DNA of 64,000 nt. Origin: Bacteroidota bacterium (GTDB taxonomy: Bacteria > Bacteroidota > Ignavibacteria > UBA10030 > UBA6906). Each line of letters opens with the position of its first letter. Position 1 is the stretch's first letter. The translations under genes were made by a program, and so were the position numbers. Below the pieces are notes generated by a model. The model had not been told where the DNA came from, did no database searches, and saw only the letters and a program-made list of their open reading frames with translations. The stretch lies in assembly GCA_019637975.1 (NCBI GenBank), contig JAHBUR010000001.1, forward strand, positions 14,444-78,443, read 5' to 3'. Below, piece by piece: positions 47,352 to 55,706 of the stretch.

Positions 47352-48815
47352 TCATCCGTGGTAATTCGGGGCTTCTTTGGTAATGGCAATGTCGTGCGGG
47401 TGACTTTCGCGCAACCCGGCATCTGTCATTCGCACAAACTTCCCGTTCTTCTTCATCTCGTTAATAGTCGCACAACCGCAGTATCCCATCGCGGCACGCA
47501 ATCCTCCGACCATCTGATAGATGGTGTCTTCAAGAGGGCCTTTGTAGGGAACGCGGCCCTCGATCCCTTCGGGCACGAGTTTCTGAATATCATCTTCAGC
47601 ATCCTGGAAGTAGCGATCCCTGCTGCCTTCCTTCATGGCGCTGAGGGAGCCCATCCCGCGATAGATCTTGTAACTGCGGCCTTCGTAGAGAACTTTTTCG
47701 CCCGGACTTTCATCAACGCCGGCAAATAATCCGCCGATCATGATCGTATCTGCACCGGCAGCTATCGCTTTGGCAATATCGCCTGTTTGCTTGATGCCGC
47801 CGTCGGCAACTATGGGAATGCCTGCGCGTGCAGCCACTTTCGCGCAAGCCATGATAGCCGAGACTTGCGGAACGCCGACACCCGCAACTACGCGCGTCGT
47901 GCAAATCGAACCCGGCCCGATACCAACCTTCACGGCATCGACTCCTGCTTTAATCATATCGCGAGTCGCTTCGGCCGTGCCGACATTTCCGGCAATCAAG
48001 TCGAGCCTTGGAAACTTCTTTCTGACTTTGCCTACCGCATCAAGAACTCCGCGCGAATGGCCGTGTGCAGTATCAATCACGATAACGTCAACATCGGCTT
48101 TCATGAGTTCCGCGACCCGCTGGAGAATGTCGGCTGTTACTCCGACAGCGGCCCCGACGCGCAAACGTCCGTGCTTGTCCTTGCAAGCGTACGGATGTTT
48201 TCGCTTTTTCAGGATGTCTTTGAATGTGATCAAACCCTTCAGTACCCCGCTCTTGTCAACAACCGGCAGCTTCTCGACTTTATGCTTTTGAAGAATTCGC
48301 TCGGCTTGTTCAAGACTTGTTCCCTGTGGCGCGGTAACCAGGTTGTCCTTGGTCATGATGTCGACAACCAGTGCGTCTTCGTCAGGCTCGAATCTCAAAT
48401 CCCGATTGGTAATGATTCCGATGAGCTTTCCACCCCCATCGACAACGGGAATGCCTGAAATTGAGTACTTCTTCATCAATTTCAGCACATCCCGGACCTT
48501 CAGGTTTGCCCGAACGGTAACCGGTTCGAGGATCATGCCGCTTTCGGAGCGCTTCACGAGAAGCACTTCCTCGGCCTGACGGGCGATCGACATGTTCTTG
48601 TGAAGAATGCCGATGCCCCCTTCGCGCGCCATGGCAATCGCCATTCCGGATTCTGTCACCGTATCCATCGCCGCGCTGACGAGCGGCACATTGAGCGTAA
48701 TGTTGCGCGTCAGTTTTGTGCGGATGTCGACTTCACGCGGCAGAACGTTGGATTTTGCAGGAACGAGAAGAACATCATCGTACGTGAGGGCTTCAAAAAG
48801 GACTTTATCTTTCAC
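47352..48815 (-). CDS. guaB: IMP dehydrogenase
   Basis: Catalytic loop [13 protein letters not shown], inserted CBS pair, [14 protein letters not shown]. 487 aa. Confidence 0.95.
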   Translation of the reverse strand: MKDKVLFEALTYDDVLLVPAKSNVLPREVDIRTKLTRNITLNVPLVSAAMDTVTESGMAIAMAREGGIGILHKNMSIARQAEEVLLVKRSESGMILEPVTVRANLKVRDVLKLMKKYSISGIPVVDGGGKLIGIITNRDLRFEPDEDALVVDIMTKDNLVTAPQGTSLEQAERILQKHKVEKLPVVDKSGVLKGLITFKDILKKRKHPYACKDKHGRLRVGAAVGVTADILQRVAELMKADVDVIVIDTAHGHSRGVLDAVGKVRKKFPRLDLIAGNVGTAEATRDMIKAGVDAVKVGIGPGSICTTRVVAGVGVPQVSAIMACAKVAARAGIPIVADGGIKQTGDIAKAIAAGADTIMIGGLFAGVDESPGEKVLYEGRSYKIYRGMGSLSAMKEGSRDRYFQDAEDDIQKLVPEGIEGRVPYKGPLEDTIYQMVGGLRAAMGYCGCATINEMKKNGKFVRMTDAGLRESHPHDIAITKEAPNYHG

Positions 48816-48871
48816 AGGGGAATGTTCAATGGAAATCGTAGAAACAGTTTACTGTTACACATGAAGGATTC

Positions 48872-50041
48872 CTATACAAATGCAGGAATTCCAGTAATAT
48901 CCTCTCCGACAATCAGCGTATGCATCTCATGCGTCCCTTCGTACGTGATTACGGATTCAAGATTCGCCGCATGTCGCATAACGGGATATTCATCAAGAAT
49001 TCCGTTTGCCCCGAGAATGCTGCGTGCTTCACGGGCAATCTGTAATGCGTGATAGACGTTGTTTCGCTTCGCGAAAGAGATTTGCTGAAAGCGGACTTTC
49101 CCGGAATCTTTCAATCTGCCAAGTTGGAGGCAGAGGAGTTGCGCCTTCGTAATCTCATTCAGCATATGAACAAGCTTCTCCTGCGTTAGCTGGAAGGATG
49201 CAATCGGCTTGTCGAACTGGATGCGTGTTTTTGCGTAGTTTAATGCCGAGTCGTAACAAGCCATCGCCGCACCGATTGCGCCCCACGCAATTCCGTACCG
49301 GGCTTGCGACAAGCAACTTAGAGGCAGTTTCAATCCTTCTCCGTTAGGCAGAATATTTTCTTTCGGGATAAAGACATCTTGCAGAATCAATTCCGACGTA
49401 ACAGATGCGCGAAGCGAGTGCTTCCCCTTCATCTCGGGAGCTGAAAATCCTTTTGTCCCCTTCTCAACAAGAAATCCGCGAACAACGCCCTTCAACTTCG
49501 CCCACACCACTGCAACATCGGCAAGGGTGCCGTTTGTGATCCACATTTTTGCGCCATTGAGAACATAGCCGTCACTCGTTTCCTCAGCACGCGTTATCAT
49601 GCCGCCGGGATTTGAACCGAAGTCCGGTTCGGTCAATCCGAAGCAACCTATTGCCTCGCCTTTTGCGAGTCGAGGAAGCCAGTAGTCCTTCTGCTTTTCG
49701 GAGCCGTAGGCAAAAATCGGAAACATGACCAATGAACTTTGCACGGAAGCAAAGCTGCGAACACCGCTATCACCCCGTTCAAGTTCCTGCATTACCAAGC
49801 CGTAGGCAACGTTATTCATTTCGGCACAGCCGTATTTCGCGGGGAGTGTGGAGCCGAACAATCCGAGGTCAGCCATCTTTGTTACAAGATCCATCGGGAA
49901 TGTTCCGGCGCGTGCATGCTTCTCGATAATCGGAATGACATTATCATCAACAAACTCGCGGACCGTGTTGCGAACAAGAAGCTCTTCTTCAGAAAGAAGG
50001 CTATCTAAGTTCATATAGTCTACTCCCTGAAACTTCTGCAT
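48872..50041 (-). CDS. gcdH: glutaryl-CoA dehydrogenase
   Basis: GCFGLTEPDFGSNPGGMITRA and TYEGTHEMHTLIVGEDITG closely resemble GCDH as I recall it. ATG 50041 is preceded by AAGGAG (5-nt spacer). The upstream extension of the ORF is hydrophobic junk. Confidence 0.9.
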   Translation of the reverse strand: MQKFQGVDYMNLDSLLSEEELLVRNTVREFVDDNVIPIIEKHARAGTFPMDLVTKMADLGLFGSTLPAKYGCAEMNNVAYGLVMQELERGDSGVRSFASVQSSLVMFPIFAYGSEKQKDYWLPRLAKGEAIGCFGLTEPDFGSNPGGMITRAEETSDGYVLNGAKMWITNGTLADVAVVWAKLKGVVRGFLVEKGTKGFSAPEMKGKHSLRASVTSELILQDVFIPKENILPNGEGLKLPLSCLSQARYGIAWGAIGAAMACYDSALNYAKTRIQFDKPIASFQLTQEKLVHMLNEITKAQLLCLQLGRLKDSGKVRFQQISFAKRNNVYHALQIAREARSILGANGILDEYPVMRHAANLESVITYEGTHEMHTLIVGEDITGIPAFV

Positions 50042-50171
50042 AGAACTCCTTGGAAAGATATGAACATGAAGAAATGCCCTGTTCACAAAAAGCAACACAG
50101 GGCCGGAAAGTGAATAAAATCTGGACAAAATGAACACAAAATCGACGGAAAAATCAAGGAACAGGCTGGCT

Positions 50172-50218
50172 CAAAAAAGGAAGAAAGCCGCCGAAGTTGG
50201 TCAGACCCGGCGGCTTTC
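50172..50218 (-). terminator. intrinsic terminator downstream of the NtrC-type gene
   Basis: On the minus strand, gaaagccgccg pairs with cggcggctttc (plus-strand coordinates 50183-50193 and 50208-50218) around a 14-nt loop. ttcctttttt follows. Confidence 0.65.
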
Positions 50219-50352
50219 CGTAAGGAGAGTTATATGTGGTACTGGTCACCTTGTTAGACGACTTGACCCTGAAAAGGTTGCACTTCTTGTCGGGGTTTTT
50301 TTGAGTTGGGAAGACGTTTAGGAGCTTCGTGAGTTGCATTCAAATGCAGAAC

Positions 50353-51735
50353 TCACTCGTCGCTGAAGCCGTATTTCTTGAGCTTAAGGTAGAGGGTTTT
50401 TTTGGAGATGCCAAGCTCGGCGGCGGTCTTGCCTCGATTCAGATTGTTTCGCCTGAGTGTCTGCTCAATATGCCGCCGTTCAAGCTCTTCAAGGGGAATT
50501 GTTTTGTGCGAGGAATTAGAAGTAGCATCGTCGGATTCATACAATGCGAAGAGCTTGTCGCTTCGCTGAATGTGCATCGAAAGGTCGGACGGTTCGATAA
50601 CCTCTCCGCTGGAAAGGAGCACAGCTCCTTCCAGCACATGCTCCAATTCACGGACATTGCCCGGCCAGTCATAGTTCATCAACAAATCGATCGTCGCCGG
50701 AGCCAGCCGTTTCGGATCTCTCAGTCTTCCTTTCTTTTGCATGAAATAATCGGCAAGAAACGGGATGTCTTCTTTGCGTTCCTTCAACGACGGAACCTGG
50801 AGCGTTACAACATTCAGGCGATACAGCAAATCCTCGCGAAAGCGCCCGGTTGCAACCTCTTCACGCAAATCCTTGTTGGAAGCACTGACAACGCGGACAT
50901 CCACCGTAAGCACATTTGTTCCTCCCACGCGACGGAACTCGCCGCTTTCAAGAAAGCGCAGAAGTTTCGGTTGTATTGCCGGGCTTATATCTGCGACTTC
51001 ATCAAGAAAGAGCGTACCCCCGTTGGCAACTTCCACTAACCCTTGCTTCGATGTGTAGGCGTTCGTGAATGCTCCCTTTTCGTGTCCGAAGAGCTCAGTC
51101 TCGAGTAACGAATCCGGAATGGAAGCGCAGTTCACAGCCACAAACGGGCGATTATTGCGGGGACTCTTCCGATGAACGAAGCTTGCCACCAGTTCCTTCC
51201 CTGTACCGCTCGCTCCCTGAATCAGAACAAATGAGTCGCTGTTCGCGAATCGCTCCGCGCTTTCAATCATTTTGAGGAAGGCGGGACTTTGTCCGATCAG
51301 TTCGTTCGACCCTCCCTTCCTTACCAGCTCGCTTTTCATCAACTTGTTGTCGATGAAAAGTTCTTTTCGCTCGATTGCGCGGTGAATAGTGTTGAACAGT
51401 TCGTCGATATCGTACGGCTTGGCGAGAAAATCGTACGCTCCCATCTTGATAGTCTGGATAGCCGTTTTAATGTCGGCGTAGTTGGTAAGGATGATAACCT
51501 GGGTGGTAGGCGAATATTCCTGAACGAACTGCAGAACCTCGATGCCGCTTACCCGCGGCATCTTAATATCGAGCAGCAAAACATCATAGACTTTTTGCTG
51601 AATCTTGTTGATTGCCTGGCTTCCGTCGGCGGCGGTATCCACGGTGAATTCGTCGGAGTCGCCGAGTTCGCTTTCGAGAAGCGTGCGAAGATATTCTTCG
51701 TCATCGACAATGAGCAGATTGTACTTTTTTGCCAT
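50353..51735 (-). CDS. sigma54-dependent response regulator (NtrC family: REC + AAA+ + Fis-type HTH)
   Basis: REC: LLIVDDEE, VLLLDIKMP, KP in FLAKP. AAA+: GASGTGKE, FLDEV. The sigma54-contact loop reads GAFTNA. HTH: NRGKTAAELGISKKTLYLKLKKY. Confidence 0.9.
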   Translation of the reverse strand: MAKKYNLLIVDDEEYLRTLLESELGDSDEFTVDTAADGSQAINKIQQKVYDVLLLDIKMPRVSGIEVLQFVQEYSPTTQVIILTNYADIKTAIQTIKMGAYDFLAKPYDIDELFNTIHRAIERKELFIDNKLMKSELVRKGGSNELIGQSPAFLKMIESAERFANSDSFVLIQGASGTGKELVASFVHRKSPRNNRPFVAVNCASIPDSLLETELFGHEKGAFTNAYTSKQGLVEVANGGTLFLDEVADISPAIQPKLLRFLESGEFRRVGGTNVLTVDVRVVSASNKDLREEVATGRFREDLLYRLNVVTLQVPSLKERKEDIPFLADYFMQKKGRLRDPKRLAPATIDLLMNYDWPGNVRELEHVLEGAVLLSSGEVIEPSDLSMHIQRSDKLFALYESDDATSNSSHKTIPLEELERRHIEQTLRRNNLNRGKTAAELGISKKTLYLKLKKYGFSDE

Positions 51736-51766
51736 GGCAGGCCGTTAGCAGGAACAACAAGGGGAA

Positions 51767-52135
51767 CTACTCACTCATCACGCGGTCAATAGTGGTAAGA
51801 AGGTCAACAAGATCATACGGCTTGCTGACAAAGTCTTCGGCACCAAGTTTTTTGGACTCTATGGCATTCTTGAGGTCGGCAAAACCCGTCAACATAATGA
51901 CCTTGGTGCTGGTATGTTTTTCCTTGATGACTTTCAGCACTTCGAAGCCGTTCATATTCGGCATTTTGATATCAAGGAGCACCAAATCATACGCGCCTTT
52001 TCTCAGTTCATCAAGCGCTTCCATTCCATCGGCGGCGGTTCCGACGTCGTAGCCCTCGCTGTTGAGTTCGGCGCTGAGCACCGTTCGCAATGCATCCTCA
52101 TCATCAACCACGAGAATTTTTCGCTTTTCAGCCAT
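51767..52135 (-). CDS. stand-alone response-regulator receiver (CheY-like)
   Basis: 122 aa. ILVVDDED, LVLLDIKMPNMNG, VIMLTG, and K in FVSKP. Confidence 0.85.
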   Translation of the reverse strand: MAEKRKILVVDDEDALRTVLSAELNSEGYDVGTAADGMEALDELRKGAYDLVLLDIKMPNMNGFEVLKVIKEKHTSTKVIMLTGFADLKNAIESKKLGAEDFVSKPYDLVDLLTTIDRVMSE

Positions 52136-52444
52136 TCATTTGACCTTAGGATTTTGTAGGTATTCGTTATCACCCACACGCGCTGTCGCAGGAATGCACT
52201 CTGCAAACCAGGTAAAATCAATACGAATGATGATACCCAAAGAATCAAAGAAAATCAACCGCTTTCCTGTTCGAAATGATCGGGATAACACCAAACAACT
52301 TCTGTATGCATAGACGGCAACGTTGAAACAGCTTGCGATTGACTACTGTCACCGGTTTGCAGAAAGTCCAATGCTTCGTTGCAAATCAGAACAAGTTATG
52401 GTATACTTGAACAACTGACATTTCAAACTCCGAATCGTCTCTCA

Positions 52445-53119
52445 ATGGAAACGCCCGCGACCATCAACGTCTTGTTTGTCGACAATGATACGAGCTACAT
52501 GGCTGTAGCACATCACCTGCTATCGAAATATCAGGGGAAGAGGTTCAATGTCGTCTGGAAGCATGACGGCCAATCGGCACTTGCTGAACTGAAGAGTAAC
52601 CCTTCTCTCGAAATTATTATCATCGACTACTACCTGCCGGAAAAAAGCGGCCTGGAAGTCACACGGGAAATCCGCGAACAACAGATTGATACCCCCATCG
52701 TATTTCTGACATCCAACAAGGATTTTCGACTTGCCATCGAAGTCATGAAATACGGTGTCGAGGATTATGTGATCAAGGATGAGGCGATGGACACCGTTCT
52801 TCCCCGCACCATCGTCAACAGCCTCGAGCGGGTGTACCTCAAAAGAAAAATCGCTGAGCAACAAAAGGCTGAGTTGATTGCAAAGAAACGAACAGACGCC
52901 ATCAAAGAACTCGTCGTCACTGTTTGCCATGAATTCAACAACCCGCTGGCTGCAATCAAAATTTCCACTGATATCCTGTTGCGACAGCAACTCATACCGC
53001 AGGAGAAGAAGATGGTTCAGGACCTCGACAACAATATCGCGATCGTCGAGAAGGAGATTAACAAGCTGCGTGACATCAATTACGACAAGGTGGAATTCCT
53101 GAAAAGCTCGCCGCAGTGA
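52445..53119 (+). CDS. receiver domain fused to a HisKA/DHp phosphoacceptor domain, no ATPase domain
   Basis: REC: VLFVDND, IIIIDYYLPEKSG, VFLTS, VIKD. A coiled linker follows, then the H-box CHEFNNPLAAI. The protein ends about 60 aa after the His. I chose ATG 52445 rather than the upstream TTG 52379. Confidence 0.8.
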   Translation: METPATINVLFVDNDTSYMAVAHHLLSKYQGKRFNVVWKHDGQSALAELKSNPSLEIIIIDYYLPEKSGLEVTREIREQQIDTPIVFLTSNKDFRLAIEVMKYGVEDYVIKDEAMDTVLPRTIVNSLERVYLKRKIAEQQKAELIAKKRTDAIKELVVTVCHEFNNPLAAIKISTDILLRQQLIPQEKKMVQDLDNNIAIVEKEINKLRDINYDKVEFLKSSPQ

Positions 53120-53283
53120 CAGGCACGCGCATCATGTAACAGCTTGCATCTCGTCCCCTCAATATCTATATTAGACCGAGAAAAATGGTTCAGAGATTCC
53201 CAATACAGGTAATGATGCGAAACGTGCCGCGGCAAAAGGCGATCAAGAAATACCTCGTTCGACACATAAGAAGTTAGAGAGAA

Positions 53284-53314
53284 GTGTCCCGCCCGAAAGC
53301 GGGACACTTTTTTT
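53284..53314 (+). terminator. strong intrinsic terminator
   Basis: gtgtcccgc (53284-53292) pairs perfectly with gcgggacac (53299-53307) around a 6-nt loop. ttttttt follows at 53308-53314. Confidence 0.85.
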
Positions 53315-53333
53315 GTCAAAGGGCTCCCCGTTC

Positions 53334-54440
53334 ATGACAGTAAACGATGTTCATAGGCTGATTTCCTCGTGGGCTCCTCCAGATATTGCCTGGGAGAAGG
53401 ACAACGTCGGCCTGCAGATAGGTAATATGAACGCCGGCGTAAAAGGAATTCTGGTTAGCCTTGATGTAACACCAGAAATCGTTGCCGAGGCAGCACGACG
53501 CAAGGCCAATCTTCTCATCAGTCATCATCCCTTGTTGTTCAGGCCGCCAAAGTCCATTACGCCTCAAGATGAGGTCGGCAGATGTATCCGAGCGTTGATC
53601 GAACGGGACATCAATCTGTACGCGGCGCATACAAATCTGGATTTTACACGAGGCGGAACAAGTTTTGCCATTGCGGAAGCGCTTGCGCTGCAGAGCGTAG
53701 AGTTTCTCCACACGACGTATCACGTGCAGAAGAAGATCGTTACGTTCGTGCCCGAACAGCATGTTGATGCTGTGCGCGATGCAATGGCAATGGCAGGAGC
53801 GGGCATCATCGGGAACTATGACCATTGTTCTTTCGGAACTGCGGGAAGAGGATCCTTCCGGGGGAATGAAAAAACGTCGCCCGCAATTGGAGTAAAGGGA
53901 AGACTGGAACACGCAGCCGAAATCCGTCTCGAAATGATCGTGAACCAGTGGGATGTACCCAAAGTCCTGGCGGCGCTACGCGAAGCTCATCCGTACGAGG
54001 AGGTAGCGTACGATCTCTACCCGCTCGATAACATAAGCACCGAGTTCGGAATGGGAATAGTAGGAACACTGAAACGCCCGATGCGCGTGCGTGCATTTCT
54101 TGAATTCGTCAAGAAGCGACTCAAAGCGGGCGCGTTGCGGCGAACCGAGTCGAAGGCCACAATGATCCGCACAGTTGCCGCGTGCGGCGGAAGCGGTGCC
54201 GAACTGACGGATGTTGCTATTGCTCGCGGGGCGGACGCATTCATCACGGCTGATGTCAAGTATCACGACTTCCACCATGCACATGGAAACATTCTTCTGA
54301 TTGATGCCGGACATTATGAAACGGAACGCCCGGTCGTCGACGCAGTTGTAAGAAGGCTGAAACACGAATTTCACGCGCAGGGGATCACCCTCCCTGTCGC
54401 AGCAACGCAAATCACAACAAACCCGGTTTCTTTTTTTTAG
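53334..54440 (+). CDS. Nif3-like dinuclear-metal-centre protein (long form with inserted domain)
   Basis: DNVGLQIG, LISHHPLLF, YAAHTNLD, and the C-terminal TADVKYHDFHHA. A roughly 110-aa insertion is present. ATG 53334 is chosen because the TTG at 53313 lies inside the terminator U-tract. Confidence 0.9.
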   Translation: MTVNDVHRLISSWAPPDIAWEKDNVGLQIGNMNAGVKGILVSLDVTPEIVAEAARRKANLLISHHPLLFRPPKSITPQDEVGRCIRALIERDINLYAAHTNLDFTRGGTSFAIAEALALQSVEFLHTTYHVQKKIVTFVPEQHVDAVRDAMAMAGAGIIGNYDHCSFGTAGRGSFRGNEKTSPAIGVKGRLEHAAEIRLEMIVNQWDVPKVLAALREAHPYEEVAYDLYPLDNISTEFGMGIVGTLKRPMRVRAFLEFVKKRLKAGALRRTESKATMIRTVAACGGSGAELTDVAIARGADAFITADVKYHDFHHAHGNILLIDAGHYETERPVVDAVVRRLKHEFHAQGITLPVAATQITTNPVSFF

Positions 54441-54459
54441 ATTTATTGGGAGACACACT

Positions 54460-55191
54460 TTGGAAAACAAGCTACGAACGTTGTACACTTTGCAGTTGAT
54501 CGACAACAACCTCGACGAGATCGAGGATATGAAAGGCGACCTGCCCGGCGAGGTGCGAAAACTCGAGGAGAACATTGCCGCGTTGCAGGAACAACTTTCG
54601 TTGCTTGAGGAAACAATGCGCGGAGCCTTCTCGCTACGGAACAATGCGGACTCGGAAATCATCTCTCTCAGAGAGAAGATCGAGAAATACAAATCGCAGC
54701 AGTTTCAGGTTCGCAACAACAAAGAATACGACGCCCTGACACGCGAAATGGACCAAGCGGCTGAAACCATCGCCAGACTGGAGAAAGAAATGAGCGCATT
54801 GGAAAACAAGGCGACCATTGCGCGTACCGATATCGAAACCGGAAAGAAGGAACTCGAAGAGTCGCAGGCACAGCTTGAAGAAAAGAAGGCCGAATTGGCC
54901 GAGGTTTCGAAAAACACCGAGGAAGAAGAGCTGAAATTCAAGCATGAGAGAGAAAAGGTCGTCGTCCGCATTGCCAAGGCAGACTTGGCCTTGTACGAGC
55001 GCATCAGGAAGGCCAAGAACGGCAGGGCCGTCGTGCCCATCAAGCGCGGCTCGTGCGGTGGCTGCTACACGGCAGTTCCACCACAGAAGGTTCATGAATT
55101 GAAACAGAACAAGCGTTTGTACACGTGTGAACGGTGCGGGCGGATTCTTGTCTCTACAGAAATCGCCGAAACTTCCACTGCGCTTGTATAA
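54460..55191 (+). CDS. coiled-coil protein with C-terminal C4 zinc ribbon (COG1579-like)
   Basis: TTG start preceded by GGGAGA. Long heptad-rich region. GSCGGCYTAVPP...YTCERCGRIL gives CxxC...CxxC. Confidence 0.8.
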   Translation: MENKLRTLYTLQLIDNNLDEIEDMKGDLPGEVRKLEENIAALQEQLSLLEETMRGAFSLRNNADSEIISLREKIEKYKSQQFQVRNNKEYDALTREMDQAAETIARLEKEMSALENKATIARTDIETGKKELEESQAQLEEKKAELAEVSKNTEEEELKFKHEREKVVVRIAKADLALYERIRKAKNGRAVVPIKRGSCGGCYTAVPPQKVHELKQNKRLYTCERCGRILVSTEIAETSTALV

Positions 55192-55241
55192 GCGGCAAAC
55201 GGCGTAAGAGTTTTTTTAATTAACTAAATCGAACATACTGT

Positions 55242-55662
55242 ACTGCAGGTCGGGCAGCCGCGTGGCGCCATCCGGTGTCCATGAGGAAAGTCCGAACTCC
55301 GCAGAGCAAGGTGCCGCGTGAATAGCGCGGGGTTTGGGCGCGCAAGCGCTCAAACACGGAAAGTGTCACAGAAAAAATACCGTCCCGACTCGTCGGGATA
55401 AGGGTGAAAAGGCGAGGTAAGAGCTCACCGCCCCGATGGTAACATCGGGGGCACGACAAACCCCACCTGGAGCAAGACCATGTATGGGAGTTCACGAAGT
55501 TGCTCGCTTCGTCGTGTCCCTTCCAACACTCTACATGTCGGAAGGGACACGAGACTCCCGGGTAGGTCGCTTGAGTCCATCGGCAACGACGGACCCAGAT
55601 AAATGGCTGCCTCTTCCGCTTCGGCGGAAAAGACAGAATTCGGCTTACAGACCTGCAGTGCC
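55242..55662 (+). ncRNA. rnpB: RNase P RNA, bacterial type A
   Basis: P1: actgcaggtc (55242-55251) pairs with gacctgcagt (55650-55659). Universally conserved P4 strands: GAGGAAAGUCCG near the 5' end and ACAGAAUUCGGCUUA near the 3' end. Also GGUAAGAGC, CCACCUGGAGCAAG, and the GGGUAGG L15-type loop. Confidence 0.9.
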
Positions 55663-55706
55663 TTTGTGTTGCCCGGGAAATTCCTTCGGGCAACAGAGGA
55701 GCCTCC

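Noticed and set aside
50092-50107. Possible sigma54 promoter (minus strand tCCGGCCctgtgTTGCt) upstream of gcdH, considered because two sigma54 activators are encoded nearby
   Set aside because: The GG-to-GC spacing is one nucleotide short of the TGGCAC-N5-TTGC consensus, and the -24 element matches only GGC. I found no properly spaced GG/GC element in the other intergenic regions I scanned by eye.
55186-55217. Possible terminator after the Zn-ribbon gene (cgctt-gtat-aagcg hairpin and the 7-T run at 55211-55217)
   Set aside because: The 5-bp stem includes the stop codon and is separated from the T-run by about 12 nt. It does not form a canonical stem-plus-U-tract unit, so I did not list it as a feature.
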